Shown: one piece after another, positions 63,848-64,000 of the stretch
Layout: the number at the start of each line of letters is the position of its first letter
Position numbering within the stretch: position 1 is the stretch's first letter
NCBI GenBank assembly: GCA_944392955.1
Contig: CALXYK010000004.1
Coordinates: 69,048-133,047, forward strand
Direction of reading: 5' to 3'
Origin: an uncultured Alphaproteobacteria bacterium
GTDB lineage: Bacteria > Pseudomonadota > Alphaproteobacteria > Rs-D84 > CACZYB01
Length of the DNA stretch: 64,000 bases
Notes under the pieces: model-generated
What the model saw: the letters and a program-made list of their open reading frames with translations, nothing else
What the model was told of the DNA's origin: nothing
Databases searched by the model: none
Translations under genes and position numbers: made by a program

Positions 63848-64000
63848 TTGAAATATAGAAATTTATTACTGGGTCTATTAACACTTCTTTCCAATAATTT
63901 ATTGGCAAGCACTGCCCCAAAACAAATTCAAATTTCCGAAGTAGAAATTCTCCCTATTTCACAAACTGAACTTGAAAAATACAACTATAAGGCAAACGAG
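63848..64000 (+). CDS. 5' end of a secreted/periplasmic protein gene (partial), TTG start behind a G6 SD tract
   Basis: AAAGGGGGGAAAA is followed by TTG at 63848. It translates MKYRNLLLGLLTLLSNNLLASTAPKQ..., a clear signal peptide. It continues beyond the window end. Confidence 0.4.
   Translation, partial: MKYRNLLLGLLTLLSNNLLASTAPKQIQISEVEILPISQTELEKYNYKANE

Noticed and set aside
1-64000. CRISPR arrays, rRNA genes, IS elements/transposases, integrases
   Set aside because: I found no regularly spaced direct repeats with unique spacers, no rRNA-like sequence, and no transposase or integrase-like ORF. The only repeats are the 42-bp hairpin tandem (54.0 kb) and the HExxH-gene fragments (17.6-17.97 kb).

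Overview
This is an AT-rich (roughly 28-30% GC by eye) bacterial chromosomal segment. Gene content points to an alphaproteobacterium: HdaA, GapR/DUF2312, a DUF1013-like protein, and GatC-dependent transamidation. Scrambled synteny, frequent TTG starts, many secreted lineage-specific proteins and a eukaryote-like Cys-rich repeat protein suggest a reduced, host-associated lineage. I support about 55 protein genes, 2 tRNAs (Lys-CTT, Leu-TAA) and about 11 intrinsic terminators; there is no rRNA and no CRISPR. The housekeeping backbone is tatB/tatC, an nlpD-like LysM/M23 lipoprotein, hdaA, tsaC, pgsA, uvrC, galE, ffh, pgm, sufS/sufT, trxA, dksA, lnt, ybeY, mlaD-like, glyQS (alpha2-type), relA/spoT, recN, pepA, fabF, rpoD, ruvA, clpX, cmk, rpsA, gapR, pyk, tolB, acpP, ruvX, gatC and secF. 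Several accessory blocks cannot be assigned to described systems, and they are the candidates for novelty. (1) At 41.9-49.7 kb there are three clearly paralogous secreted proteins that share an Arg/Ser/Thr-rich mature N-terminus and conserved Cys-containing blocks, plus an 826-aa Cys-rich coiled-coil secreted protein, all wedged into the DUF1013-ruvA-clpX neighbourhood. (2) A tRNA-Leu-flanked island at 12.8-18.2 kb holds an autotransporter, a signal-less 472-aa HEMAH (HExxH) protein, and a scrambled decayed paralog fragment of that protein. (3) At 54.0-55.4 kb there are two secreted proteins with eukaryote-like CPxGYYC cysteine repeats, preceded by a tandem hairpin repeat and a 480-bp hairpin-dense non-coding region. 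(4) A Lys-rich/Cys-cluster/TM metallothionein-like gene in a local GC spike. (5) A three-gene micro-operon of small charged proteins downstream of an orphan tolB. (6) An ACP-like paralog lacking the phosphopantetheine Ser motif. (7) A GC-rich type IV pilin-like gene. (8) Poly-G Shine-Dalgarno tracts coupled to TTG starts at both ends of the window. All functional calls come from motif and fold recognition by eye; no database searches were run.
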